The notes beneath the pieces are model-generated. The model saw nothing but the letters and a program-made list of their open reading frames with translations. It was not told the DNA's origin and searched no databases. This document shows, piece by piece, positions 1 through 13,372 of a stretch of 64,000 nucleotides of DNA. Each line of letters begins with the position of its first letter. The stretch's first letter is position 1. A program made the position numbers and the translations under genes. The DNA comes from Mobula hypostoma (lineage: Eukaryota): NCBI RefSeq assembly GCF_963921235.1, contig NC_086097.1, positions 159,466,001 to 159,530,000 on the forward strand, read 5' to 3'.

Positions 1-2563
1 TGTGCAAACTTCATACAGGCAGTCAGGAACCAGAAACCCTGGATCAATAGTTCAGTGCAAACAGTACTTATAACACGGCATCAAGCTTACATCACTGGCG
101 ATCAGCTGGAGCTCGAGAAAAGCAGCAATGATCTGCACAAAGCTATCAAGGCTGTGAAACAACAGTACGGGGACAAGACTGAGTCAAGATTCACAATGAA
201 TAGCACATGTGACTTGTGGCGAGGGCTGCGTACCATCGTAGACTTCAAAGCCAAACTTTGTGGTGCCGCCAACATCGTGGCCTCTCTCTCAGTCGCCTTT
301 ATGCTTGGTTCGACGTCGCTAACTCTGAGCCTCCGAGGAAAGCCACCGGTACACCCTGCAACGTGATCATCTCTGAGGCTGAGGTACACAGATGTTTCCA
401 ACGAGTGGACAGTCACAAGGCTGTGGGACCAGACAGCATCCCAGGGCAAGTATTCAGGATGTGCGCAGCACAACTGGCAGGTGTGTTTACTGACATTTTT
501 AATCTCTCCCTCTCCCAGTGTAGAGTGCCCTCCTGCTTTAAATTATTCACCATTGTCCCTGTACCAACAAAGACGAAGGTAACATGCCTAAACGACAGGT
601 GTCCTGTTCCACTCACCTCAATAATAAGCAAATGTTTTGAGAGGCCAGTTCAAGGGTTACATCTGCAGCTTGCTACCACCCAAACTGAACCCCATACAAT
701 TCGGCTACTGACACAACCGATCGACAGAGGACGCATTAGCCACTGCTCTACATACCATTCTTACACATCTGGAGAAGTAGGATGCTTATGTGAGAATGCT
801 GTTCTTGGACTACGGTTCATCATTCAACACCATAGTTCCATCCAGGCTCGACAAGGAGCTCGGAGACCTCGGCCTTGACCCTGCCTTGTGCAGCTGGATC
901 CTGGACTTCCTGTCAGATCGCCAGCAGGTGGTAAGAGTGGGCTCCCTCACTTCCACCCATGACTCTCGATACAGGAGCCCCTCAGGGCTGCTTACTGAGT
1001 CCCCTCCTTTACTCCCTGTATACCCATGACTGTGTTGCCACCCACAGCTCTAATCTGCTAATTAAATTTGCCGACAACACTACATTGATTGGGCTTATCT
1101 CGATCAATAACGAGGTGGTCTGCAGGGAAGAGAGTCATCTCTCTGACACAGTGGTGTCAAGAAAGCTACCTCTCCCTCAATATTGCAAAAACAAAGAAGC
1201 TGGTTGTGAATTACAGGAGGAATGGAGATGGGTTAACCCCTATTGACATCAATGGATCTGGGGTTGAGAGGGTAAACAGCTTTAAAGGAGGGAGGAGAAG
1301 ATGGTGGCGCGACACAGTGCGTGCGGCCTCTCCGGTGAAATGATATCGTATTTGTTAAATAGGGGTCATGCATAATCCTGATTTGATGGAGACGGACATG
1401 AGAAGCACAGAGGAACATCTGGAGAAACTTCTGAAATGCCCGGTTTGCTGCCGCTGCGATCGAGAATCTCCGGAGGGAAGGCTCCAAATCCTCGGCTTTG
1501 CCTGTTGCTGGTGGCCGGGGCTGGGATTGAAGTGCTTGGCAGAGATGGTGCTCGGTGCTCGGTGTCGGAGGGCTGGTCAGAGGCTCAAAGTTTTCGGATG
1601 GACTGAGAGTCGGACTGTGGTCGGGTGCTTCCAGGATGCTGCATCGGCAAGTTTGTGGTGCTGGAAGCTCATGGCAGGAAGAGTTTTCTTCCTTCTACCG
1701 TCTGCATGAGATGATGAGATTTTCGAGAGACTTTGAGACTTTCTTTACCGTGCCCATGGTCTGTTCTTCTATCAAATTACGGTATTACTTGCATTGTTGT
1801 AACTATATGTTATAATTATGTGGTTTTTGTCACTTTTTCAGTCTTGGTCTGTCTTGTGTTTCTGTGATATCACACTGGAGGAACATTGTATCATTTCTTA
1901 ATGCATGCATTACTAAATGACAATAAGAGAGGACTGCGTGTCCTCATAATCTAATCTAAAAAAAATGTTCCTTGGCAACCACATCACCAAGGATCTCACG
2001 TGGTCTGTCCACACCAGCTGTGTGGTGAAAAAGGCACAACAGCACCTCTTTCACCTCAAACGGTTGAGGACGTTTGGTTTGGGCCCCCAAGTCCTAAGAA
2101 CTTTCTACAAGGGGCACAATTGAGAGTATCCTGACTGGCTGCATTACTGCCTGCTATGGGATCTGTACCTCCCCTAATCACAGGACTCTGTAGTTGTTAA
2201 CTTCCCATAATTCAGGACATTTACAAGGACAGGTGTGTAAAAAGGACCCGTAGGATCATTGGGGACCCGAATCACCCCAACCATAATCTACTCCAGCTGC
2301 TACCATCCCAGAAGCGGTACCGCAGCATAAAAGCCAGGACCAACAGGCTCTCGGACAGCTTCTTCCACCAGGCCACCAGACTGATTAACTCACGCTAATT
2401 TGAGTGTACTCTATGTTAGATTGACTGTTCTATTTATTATAAATTCTGATAAATTACTATGATTACACATTGCACATTTAGACAGAGACGTAATGTAAAG
2501 ATTTTTACATCATATGTATGTGAAGGATGTAAAAAATAAAATGAATTCAATTCAATTTAATTC
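1..2563 (+). mobile_element. Rex-Babar clade LINE, degenerate RT and 3' end, interrupted at 1287-1965
   Basis: Motifs KAVGPDSIPG, PLTSIISKCFER, LFLDYGSSFNTI, GAPQGCLLSPLLY and IKFADN across frameshifted ORFs; coding resumes at 1966 (ttccttggc...) and ends in an (aattc)n-like tail. Confidence 0.9.
1287..1965 (+). mobile_element. ~670-bp non-autonomous retroposon, copy 1
   Basis: Starts gaagatggtggcg, ends atgacaataagag...taatctaatctaaaaaaaa; splits the Rex RT; homologous copies at 13373-13862 and 46205-46877. Confidence 0.85.
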
Positions 2564-2579
2564 AGGAGTTTACCTGGCT

Positions 2580-3040
2580 TCAAAGCTCCAAGTAAATTTA
2601 TTATCAAAGTACATATATGTCACCATATACAATTCTGAGACCCACTTTCTTGTGAGCATACTCTATAAATCCATAATCGAATAATAACCAACCTTAGAAT
2701 CAATAAACATTGCACCAACTTGTGCGTTCAATCAGTGTGCAAACACAAAAATAAAACAAGTAATAACAAAATAAATAAACAATAAATATCAACAACATGA
2801 GATAAAGGATCCTTGGAAATGAATTCATCTGATGTGGGATCACTTTAAAGATGGGGCAAATGAAGTTGACTGAAGTTCTCCCTTTGATGGCTGAGGAGTA
2901 ATAACTGTTTTTGAACCTGGTGGTTTGAGTCCAGAGGCTCCTGTACCTTCTCCCTGATGGCAACAATGAGAAGAGAGCCTGACCAGAGTGGTGGGAGGGG
3001 AGGGGTCATTGATGATGGATGTCACTTTCCTGCAACAATG
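2580..3040 (-). mobile_element. Rex-Babar LINE 3' fragment, probably continuous with 6701-7085
   Basis: LPSGRRYRSLWTQTTRFKNSYY C-terminal motif plus 3' UTR. Confidence 0.8.
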
Positions 3041-3069
3041 CTTTAATTAAACTGTTAATATTAGACAGT

Positions 3070-6000
3070 ACTGAGCAGATGCAACAGAAGCGATCCCATA
3101 CAGGTCTGGTGAAGAGCTTTAAAAAGCAAGAAGTTTTCAACAGGAGACATAGATTGGAGTACAATGCAGACACAACAGAAGTGTTTCCGTGCAGGTCGAG
3201 TGAAGAGCTTTAAAAACCCCGTCTCTATAAAAGAGAGATACCGTCTAGTGGAGCGGTCATCATGGGAGCGGTCGTCATTGGAGTAGTCTGAATCAGAGTA
3301 GTAAGGCTTTGGTAAACAAGGTTTCGTGAAGAGTAGGTAAAGGTGAAGTAGGTAGGTAAATTCATTCCTTATTTCTTAGTTCTTTTTTTTTTGAATTAAC
3401 TCTTGAGGGAATAGGGAGTATATCTGCAGAGCTGATGTTCTGTTCTGGGTGTCAGATGTTGGAATTCTGGGAGACCACTAGCCTCCCCAATGGCCACACT
3501 TGCATCAGTTGCATCGAGATGCAGCTCCTTAGAGACTGTGTTAGGGAACTAGAGCTGCAGCTCGATGACCTTCAGCTTGTTGGGGAAAGTGAAGCAGTGA
3601 TAGACAGGAGCTTCAGGGAGGTAATCACTCCAAGGCGACAGGAGACAAATAAAAGTGTGACTGGTAGGAGAGGGAAGGGAAAACATCCGATAATGGAGAG
3701 CACGCATGCGACCGTCCCCATAACAAAAAGTACTCTATTTGAGTATGGCTGGGGGTGGGGGGGTGGGGGGGTGGGGTGGAACCTGGCTGGGGGAAGAAGC
3801 AGTGGTCATGTCTCTCGCACTGAGTCTGACTCTGTGCACAGAAAGGTAGACAACTGGAGAGGATAGCAGCAATAACAGGGGACTCGATAGTTAGGGGGAC
3901 AGATAGGCGATTCTGTGGATGCAAAAAGGAAACCTGGATAGTAGTTTGCCTCTTAGGTGACAGTCTACGATGTTTCTGAACACATCCACAATATCCTGAA
4001 AAGGGAAGATGAGCAGCCAGAAGTTGTGATACATATTGGTTGGGAGCTTAACATCAAAGGACAGGCAGAAGACATAGGTGGCCGTGTGGCTCTGAGATTC
4101 AAAAGAGATTGCATTACAACTTTAGAAAGAGGTGCCACAGAGCCAGAGAATGATGAATCTTTGTGGGTGGAGTTAAGAAACTGCAAGGGTAAAAGAAATC
4201 ATTATGGGAATCACATATAGGCCTCCAATTAGTAGCCAAGATGTGGGGTCAGATTGCAAAGGGAGCTGAAAAAGGCATGTAATAAGGGTAATGACACAAT
4301 TGTAATAGGGGATTCAGTATGCAAGGGGATTGGGAAAATCAGGTTGGTGTCAGATCGCGAGAGGGAATTTGTTGAACGCCTGTGAAATGGCTTTTTAGAG
4401 CAGCTTGTGCTTGAGCCTACTAGGGGAAAGACCATCTTAGAATGGGTGTTGAGTAAAAATACAGATATTATTAGGGAGCTTAATGTAAAGGAACCCTTAG
4501 GAGGCAGTGATCACAGTATGATTGAATTCATACTGCAATTTGAGAGGGAGAAGCACAAGTCACATGTATTAGTATTGCAATGGAATAAAGAGAATTGCAG
4601 AGGCATGAGAAAGGAGCTTGCCCAGGTGGATTGGAGGAGGATAGTGGTGCGGATGATGGCAGAGCAGAGATGTCTGAAGTTTCCAGGAATAGTTCACATG
4701 GTGCAGGACAGATACATCCCACAGAAGATGACGTTCTCAAATGGCAGGGGTAGGCAACTATGGCTGCCAAGGGAAGTTAAAGACAAAATAAAAGCAAAAG
4801 GGAGAGCATATAATATAGAAAAAAAATAGTGGGAAGTTGGAGGATTGGGAAGCTTTTAAAATCCAACAAAAGGTTACTAAACAAGCTACAAGGGAAAGGA
4901 TGAAATATGAGGGCAATCTAGCCAATAATATAAAGCAGGATACCAAAAGAACTTTTTCAGTTATATAAAGAGTAAAAGTAAAAGGGAGGTTGGAGTTGAT
5001 ATTCGATCACTGGAAAATGATGCTGGTAACGTAGTAATGGGGGACGAAGAAATGGAGGATGAACTTAATGGGTACTTTGTGTCTGTCTTCACTGTGGAAG
5101 ACATGAGCAGTGTGCCAGAGGTTCATGAGTGCTATTACAATTACAAAGGAAAAAGTGCAAGGCAAACTCAAAGGTCTTAAGGTGGATAAGTCATCTGGAC
5201 CATATGGACTACATCCCAGTGTCCTGAGAGAGGTTGCTGAAGAGATAATGGATACTGGCATGGTCCCAGAGGACTGGAAGATTGCAAATGTCACTCCACT
5301 CTTTAAGAAAGGAGGAAGGCAAAAGAAAGGAAATTATAGGCCAGTTAGCCTAACCTCAGTGGTTGGGAAAATGTTGGAGCCTATTATTAAGGATAAGGGT
5401 TTGGGGTACTTGGAGACTAATGATAAAATAAGTCGAAGTCAGCATTGTTTCTGTAAAGAGAAGTGTTGCCTGACAAATATGTTAAGAGTTCTTTGAGGAA
5501 GTAACAAGCGGGGTGGGCAAAGGAAAGGCAGTGGCTGCCATTTATTTGAAGTTTCAAAAGGCATTTGATAAGGTACCACACATGAGGCTGCTTAACAACA
5601 TAAAATCCTATGGCATTACAGGAAAGATACTGGCATGGATAGGGGAATGGCTAACAGGCAGGAGGCAGCAAATAGGAATAAAGGGGGCATTTTCTGATTG
5701 GCTGCCAGTGACTAGTGGGGCCTCTCAAGGATCAGTATTGGGACCACTACTTTTCATTTGGATAATGGAATTGATTGCTTTGTGGCAAATTTTGCTGATG
5801 ATATAAAGATATGTGAAGGTGTAGGTAGTGCTGACAAGCAATGTGATTGCAGCAGGACTTAGACAAATTGGAAGAATGGGCAAAAATATGTCAGATGGAA
5901 TACAGTATTGGTAAATATACAATAATGCATTTTGGTAAAAGGAACAATAGTGCAGACTATTCAAATATTGGAGGTTCAGAGGGACTTAGGAGTCCTCATG

Positions 6001-6700
6001 AAAGACTCCCAGAAAGTTAATTTACAAGTTGAGTCTGTGGTAAAGGAGGAAAACTCAATGTTGGTATTTATTTTAAGGGGAATAGAATATAGAAGGAAGG
6101 AGATAATGTTGAACCTTTATAAGACACTAGTCAGGCCCCAGTTGGAATATTGGCAACAGTTTTGGGCCCTATATCTCAGAAATGATGTATTGTTATTGGA
6201 CAGAGTTCAGAGGAGGTCGACAAGGATAATTCTGGGAATAAAGGGGTTAGCGTGTGAGAAGCATTTGGCAGGTTTGGGTCTGTACTCATTGGAACTTAGA
6301 AGAATGCGGGGGATCTCATTGAAACCTACCGAATATTGAAAGGAGTAGATAGGATGGATGTGGAGAGGATGTTCCCTATGGAGCGAGTATCCAGAACTAA
6401 AGGCATTGCCTCAAAATTGAGTGGTGACCTTTTAAAACAGAGGTGAGGAGGAATTTTTTTTTTTAGCCAGAAAATAGTGCATCTAAAAAATGCTCTGCTA
6501 CAGACTGCATTGGAGGCCAAGACCGTGTGTATATTTAAACTGGAAGTTGATAGTTTCCTGATTGGTCAGGGCATCATAGGATATGGCGAGAAAGCAGGTG
6601 CGTGGGGTTCAATGAGATCTGGGATCACCCATGATGGAATGGTGGAGCAGACTCTATGGGCCAAAAGGCTTAATTTTGCTCATGTCTTATAGTCTTATGG
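3070..6700 (+). mobile_element. CR1 LINE, near full length but degenerate (5'UTR, ORF1, APE, RT, tail)
   Basis: ORF1 CxxC..CxxC with heptad leucines (3435) and GDSIVRG esterase motif (~3878); ORF2 motifs GGSDH, NYRPVSLTS, FQKAFDKVPH, QGSVLGP; tail tcttatagtcttatgg; internal deletion near 4040. Confidence 0.9.
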
Positions 6701-7085
6701 TTTAATATACACTCCATTTCACATCTAGAGAAATTTGTCAAAGTTTTAGGTGTTGTGTCAAATCTTTGCAAACTCCTAAGGAAGTAGTGGCACTTACGTG
6801 CCAGGCCCAAGACAGGCCTTCTGAAATAATAACACCAAGGAATTTCAAGTTGCTGACCCTCTTCACCTCCAATGAGGGCTGGCTCGTGGAGCTCTGGTTT
6901 CCTTTTCTTGAAGTCAATAATCAGCCTGTTGGTCTTGCTGACATTGAGTGAGAAATTGTTGTTATGGCACCACTCAACCAGATTTTCAATCTCCCTCCTA
7001 TATGCTGATTTGGCACCACCTTTGATTCAGGCTATGAGAATGGTGTTGTCAGTAAACTTGAATATGGCATTGGAGCTGTGCAGCA
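6701..7085 (-). mobile_element. Rex-Babar LINE RT fragment
   Basis: Minus strand reads ESAYRREIENLVEWCHNNNFSLNVSKT. Confidence 0.75.
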
Positions 7086-7512
7086 GCATCGCTAACAGTG
7101 TTACCCAAATGACATCTTACACCAATAACTTACTAGTGTTATTTATATTAGACTCTAGATTTATCTGTTTTATTTTACTCCAGTAATGTACAAATGGTAC
7201 ATTCATTATGTCTCTTTTAAATTGTATTTAAACATTCATGAGCAAAATAGTACGTTGGTAACAAAATGAGTTGCTGTACTGTGTGTCATTGTCAGATAAA
7301 CTGGGGATAGTGCAAGGTCCATTTTTATTCTCTCCCTGTCCCTAATATATTTTAATCTTACATTGCAGATGCAATGTCAGAATTTACTGAAGACTCATAA
7401 ATAGGAGCTTGAACTGCTGGTAAGGGAGCTATAAAACATCTTAGGACCACATCAAAATAATGCTGCAAATAGGATGGCAGATGGCAGATACAGTTGAATA
7501 TTAATTGTCAAG

Positions 7513-7593
7513 TCATAAGTGACAGCTGTGAAGGAAAGGGACTGGTGTGTACATTAACTGAACATTCACATCAGAATTCAAACATCCAGGATC
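7513..7593 (-). CDS. Predicted terminal coding exon of unidentified host gene (DPGCLNSDVNVQLMYTPVPFLHSCHL*)
   Basis: Acceptor ttgcacttacag|G, phase 0 matching the previous exon, TGA at 7513-7515, AATAAA on minus strand at 7324-7329. Confidence 0.55.
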   Translation of the reverse strand, partial: DPGCLNSDVNVQLMYTPVPFLHSCHL

Positions 7594-8208
7594 CTGTAAG
7601 TGCAACCATAGATGTGAAGAATCATAAAAATGATCAACAGTCTTTAAGCTTTATAAGCCTGGACAAAGAAAATTCAAGAGCACTGAGACTAAGATGGCAT
7701 CTTACAAGCCACGGGTATGCAGAATGTTCATTTTTCAGTGCACCAGGAACCCATATCCAATGTTAATAAAGTAAAACAAACATTTTAAAAACATTATTGT
7801 ATTTACAAATCATGTAGCTCATTGCCTACTTGTAAATAAATATGACTGTTGGTTTAGCCTGACTATAAGATGAGGGGAAGAAGGAGCGTGGAGGATAATG
7901 GCACATGAAGACCCACTAACATATGGAGGCAACGTGAGCAGCCACACTCACAGGGAAGAAGAATAAGGGCATTATTAAGCTGAAGATACAGTGCACAAGT
8001 ACTTTTAATCTGTGCTACAAGAAAAGAGATTTTTTAATATTGACTGAGAAGGTAGAATTTATGAAATATAACATATATTACACAGGAGTCCACAGCTATC
8101 AGTATCATTCACCCTTTGTTTCATTGAGAGTTAAAATTAAGTGGTTATAGGTTACGACCTTTTGATCCAATTTCTGCTGGTGAGTAATTACTCGGCACCA
8201 GTAATTAC

Positions 8209-8367
8209 CTCACCAGCAGATGACCTCTCCACATGCACAAAATATGATCCAGAAATTATAGCAGACTTGGGTGACAGTGAGCGGATGTGCCAGGTACAAT
8301 CTCCCAATGGTTGTATCTTTGTTAAAAAAAAAGGCCGAAACCCATCTAAAAGTATGTAAACACTGTC
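8209..8367 (-). CDS. Predicted internal exon, 159 nt, phase 0-0 (DSVYILLDG...ERSSAGE)
   Basis: Acceptor aag|GAC, donor GAG|gtaatt, open frame in non-repeat DNA. Confidence 0.65.
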
Positions 8368-8504
8368 CTTTTGCAATTTATATATAAAAAATTGTGGCAA
8401 ATTGGTTCAGAATTTAAATGTTACAGTGTTAGTTTCAGCACCTTTTGTAGGCAGCTTATGTGGCCTCTGATGTTTTATAGAAATTATTTGATTGCACTCC
8501 AGAG

Positions 8505-8818
8505 GGATGATAGAGAGGCAGTTAGCACAACACTTTACAACACCAGCAATTCCTTCCTGCCGTTATTTGTCAGGAGCTGGTATGTTCTCCCTGAGACTGT
8601 GTTGGCTTCCCTTGAATGCTCTGGTTTCCTCACACATTCCAAAGATGTATGGGTTAGGGTCAGTAGGTTGTGGGCAAGCTATATTGAAGCCAGAAGCATG
8701 GCAACATTTATGGGCTGCCCCCAGCCTAGCCTCAGACAGTGTTGGTCGCTGACACAGATGACGCATTTCACTACATGTTTTGATGTGCATGTGATAAATT
8801 AAGCAAGTCTTAATCTTG
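8505..8818 (+). mobile_element. V-SINE-type SINE, degenerate
   Basis: V-domain-like core tatgttctccctgagactg...tgctctggtttcctcacacattccaaagatg and a LINE-like tail. Confidence 0.7.
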
Positions 8819-10107
8819 ATTGTAGCTCAAATGAAGTTCTGGCAGTACTTAAGATGTTAGGAGAAAGTCTGAATTGTTGCACTACTTTTACAGCATTCAT
8901 GAAGTAAATGTGTAGAGCATTCTGCACATGAAATATGCTAGATGGATTTTGTATTAAATTTCAGGGAGAGAAGAACAGGTCCAAAGTGAGCTACTTTTAG
9001 TTTAAATAATGGAAACTATAAGTGTATGAAGTCATGGTCAATGAGAGTAAACTGCCAAATAAGTCAATGGGCCAGTTGGTTGAGAATTGGTATAAATATT
9101 GAAGGATCATTCAGCACACATAGAAAAATTCCAAGTGGAATGTCATGGTTAATTAGTGAATTGAAATAATTGTTAAACCGAGCTATAGTGAACAACTTTG
9201 TTCTGCATATAGATGTCATTTCACCACATCAGTGCATTGAGGCAATACAAGGAAAAATAATAACAGAATGTAATAAGGTACAAGGTCATAATGAGGTAGA
9301 TTGTGAGGTCAAGTGCCCATCTTATCATACAAGGGGACCGTTCAAAATTCTTATAAACAGTGGTTGGAAGTTGTCCTTGAGCAGGTTTCAAATTAAAAGT
9401 AAATTATGGACAGATACACAGATCAAGATATTGGACAGAATGTAGAAAATAGTGATAATGACTAAAAGATTAATAAGGAAATAAATGTACAAGATAAATC
9501 TAGCCAGAAATACACACACAGATCATCAAATAGTTAGAGCTGCAATTTATTTTAAACAATTTAATTCTTAAGTGACAGACTTATCCCTCTGTAACATCAA
9601 ATTATTTTTATTGATACATCCTTTTATTCCACATATTCAGCCTCATGTTCCTGAAATACTTTTCATCAATTAGAGTTATATCTTGCCTAAGGGAAGATGG
9701 CTGTGGTTGTTGGATGCCATTCACCTCATACCTAGGACATTTTTTTAACGTCCTTAAACTGACCATCCTCAACTCTAATGACTTGACTTAGTGTTCAGTG
9801 TCAATATAGTTGAGTCAATTCTAAACTCCCATTGTCTTTGCACTATCTACATACAGGGAACAAGTCAGAATTATATTGGAATAATTACTTACTAGATGCA
9901 CAGCACTAACAGCAGCAATTAGCTTAACACCATTCAGGAGTGATACTCATCCATTAAGTTAAACATTTATAAGCTCCACTATTAGTGAATCATGACTACA
10001 GTATGTAGCACTTACATTAAACATTGTAATTATTTACCAAGGTTTCTGTGATAAAACTTCCTAAACTATAATTTCTAATACTGAAACTCTTCTTTTCCTT
10101 CTTAAGA

Positions 10108-10870
10108 AGACCACAAGACCACAAGACATACTTAAGGAGCAGAATTTAGCCGTTCAACCCATCAAATCTGCTCCACTATTCAATCTTGGCTGATTTATTT
10201 CCCCTCTTAACTCCATTCTAATGCCTTCTCCCCATAACTTTTGATGCCCTTACCAATCAGAAACCTATCAACCTCAACTTTAAATATACTCAATGACCTG
10301 GCTCCTCGGCCATCTGTGGCAATGAATTCTACAGATTCACCTCCATCTGACTAAATAAATTACTCCTTATCTCTGTTCTGAAGATACATCCCTCCATTCT
10401 GTGGCTGTGCCCTCTAGTCCTAGACTCTCTGACTACTGGAAACATCCTTCCCACATCCACTCTATTAATGCCTCTCAATATTCAGTAGATTTTATCGGAT
10501 CTTCCCTCATTCAATTAAACTCCAGCAAGTACAGACCCAGAGCTATCAAACATTCCTCATACATAAACCCTTTTATTCCCAGGATCAGTTTTAGTAAACC
10601 TCCACTGGATCTTCCCCAATGCCAGCTAATCCGTTCTTAGCTTTGGGGTCCAAAAACTGCTCTCAATACTCCAAATTAGGTCTGACCAATGCTCTTTAAA
10701 ACCTTAACATTGCATACTTGTTTTAATATACCAGTCCTCTGGGAACGAATGCTAATATTGCATCCTTAATACTAACTCAGCCTGCAGCTTAACACTTAGG
10801 GAACCCTGCACAAGGATTCCCAAGTTCCTTTGCATCTCTGATTAGAAAATAGTCTCTGCCTTTTTTCCTT
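10108..10870 (-). mobile_element. CR1 3' fragment
   Basis: (gaccacaa)n tail at the left end; RT C-terminal sequence like the other CR1 copies. Confidence 0.8.
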
Positions 10871-11488
10871 CAATCAAAGTGCATAAGCATAGCCCGTGAG
10901 ATTGAGGATGATTTGATTCCAGTCCATTTCCATGTATTTTCCTGTGGTTAATGAGGCTAATATGGGTCTCCCAGACTCTACCAGCTCAGGGGAAGACGGT
11001 GTTCAATGGGCTAGTAAGTAGATTTTTGCAAGCTTTGGTTTATGCCACTTTCACGTTTTCACTGGACTTACATTTGCTCTTATTGAAAATTCTTTACTCT
11101 AATGCGGCAGTCAAGTGCTAAAAATATCCTAGGTCTCAATGAGGATGTCAATGAGAATATGTTTGAAGCCTTTACTCGGGAAATCTCTTGTCTTGACAGA
11201 GTTTAGACTACCTTCTGTGAGAGTCTGGTATTGAGCATGCAGATAGTGTGGTTCATACATCTGAGATAGTTGAACTTAGCTAGAGCCTTAAACTGTGGAC
11301 TGGTAAGAGGATCCAGACACTAGTTCATTTAACCTGCAGGTGAACTTGAAAGATTTTGTAGAATCATCATTGTGCTGCTCATCAGTCCTTTGAAGTACCC
11401 AACCATTCATGGTTCTCTCCAAGTTGCACATCATCTTCACTGGGACATATATGTCCATTTCTTCCCAAAGCAGTAAAAATTTCCTTAC

Positions 11489-11585
11489 ATAGGGTGTAAC
11501 TTTCCCACATAGCTCCAGTGTTTCAAGAGGATAGCATACAATTATTTTCTCAAAGGCAACCAGCATATTATTTTTAAGAAATAAT
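11489..11585 (-). CDS. Predicted internal exon, 97 nt, phase 2-0 (LFLKNNMLVAFEKIIVCYPLETLELCGKVTPY)
   Basis: Acceptor aatcag|A, donor TAT|gtaagg; phase-compatible on both sides. Confidence 0.65.
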
Positions 11586-12092
11586 CTGATTCCATAATAA
11601 AATATATATATAGTTCAGGAAGATGAAAACTTTCTTTGGACTTCCTTGCATTATGTTTCCTGCATATCAATGAGTTTCAATCAGACACTAATGAAACACT
11701 TTATAGAAAAGCCAATGAAGTAAAATGCTGAAATTTTGACTACACGGACAGTATTCACAAATTGACTGCCCATCATACAAGGTGCTGTGAAACACAGGCT
11801 GCTTAAATATGAAACTACAATCATGCTATAATGAAAATATAAAAACAGCTTGCATAGAAAGCAATGAAAACTGACAGTTTTGCTCCAGAAGATCTATTTT
11901 TTTCCCCATAAGTTTGTTTGTCAAGTATAAGGAAGAGTATCGCTCCACACTAAATTCATTTCTGAATATCACCTGGCTGTAAATTAAGGATTTATTGACT
12001 GTCTACAATATTGTGATACCCAGTTGCTTTGCCCATTTCATACATTTACACCAGAAGGGAATCTCAGTTGGGTTAAGTTAATTGATAATTAC

Positions 12093-12127
12093 CTCTCAAA
12101 AGATGAATACCAAAATGAGGCTTCAGT
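12093..12127 (-). CDS. Predicted internal exon, 35 nt, phase 0-2 (TEASFWYSSFER)
   Basis: Acceptor ttattag|ACT, donor GAG|gtaatt; AG|A forms Arg with the next exon. Confidence 0.5.
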
Positions 12128-12133
12128 CTAATA

Positions 12134-12723
12134 ACAGGAATTCTGCAGATGCTGGAAATTCAAGCAACATACATCAAAGATGCTGGTGAACGCAGCAGGC
12201 CAAGCAGCATCTATAGGAAGAGGCGGAGTCGACATTTCAGGCCGAGACCCTTCGTCAAGACTAACTGAAGGAAGAGTGAGTAAGGGATTTGAAAGCTGGA
12301 GGGGGAGGGGGAGATGCAAAATGATAGGAGAAGACAGGAGGGGGAGGGATAGAGCCGAGAGCTGGACAGGTGATAGGCAAAAGGGGATACGAGAGGATCA
12401 TGGGACAGGAGGTCCGGGAAGAAAGACGGAGGGGGGGTGACCCAGAGGATGGGCAAGAGGTATATTCAGAGGGACAGAGGGAGAAAAAGGAGAGTGAGAG
12501 AAAGAATGTGTGCATAAAAATGAGTAACAGATGGGGTACGAGGGGGAGGTGGGGCCTAGCGGAAGTTAGAGAAGTCAATGTTCATGCCATCAGGTTGGAG
12601 GCTACCCAGACGGAATATAAGGTGTTGTTCCTCCAACCTGAGTGTGGCTTCATCTTTACAGTAGAGGAGGCCGTGGATAGACATGTCAGAATGTGAATGG
12701 GATGTGGAATTAAAATGTGTGGC
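12134..12723 (-). mobile_element. Penelope-like element, 5'-truncated (GIY-YIG C-terminus and pLTR with tail)
   Basis: Near-identical to 54965-55564; TSD cagtc(t/a)aata at 12124-12133 and 12724-12733. Confidence 0.92.
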
Positions 12724-13372
12724 CAGTCAAATATAATCTAGAAATGTCATTCTCTTTACACCCCACCCTTTTGTTCTGGTGCTCACTACCACAAGGCACA
12801 GAAGACTTCCACCACAACAGATTTACTGCTGGAAGCTCTTCAAACTTTATTTCATATCCAAGTATTGGCTTACATGTTTTCTTCTTATGGGTCCCTACAT
12901 ATAGAGGTGTTGAGGGGAATGAGTGGGTTGATTGCTTGGCCAAAATAGTTGTTAACATTTCATCTGTGGATATACGAGTGGTGATTGATAAGTTTGTGGC
13001 CGAAGGTAGAAGGAGTCAATTTTAGAAAACCTTGCACATTTATTTTTCCTACATTTACACACTTAGTCCAGTGGTCATGGAACATACGGATCCCTGCTTT
13101 GTAGAAGTCGGCGTCTTGGACCTCCAGAAGTAGTCCACAGCTGGGGTGATTGGTAAATTCGTGGCCTAAGGTAGAAGGACATGAGTTATTAACTTGAAAC
13201 TTTCTGCATTTTCATTCAAAGAGTTGAACTGCACGTGCATGTAACGACAGCTGCATAACTCATGTCCTACTACCTAAGGCCAGGAACTTATCAATCAGCC
13301 CTGCTGTGGACAACTTCTACAAAGAAGGGATCTGTATGCTCTACGACCACTGAACTAAGTGTGTACATGTAG

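Noticed and set aside
12128..12696. Recurring ORFs such as MLVNAAGQAAS and MIGKRGYER as a gene family
   Set aside because: They are translations of the non-coding or antisense Penelope pLTR
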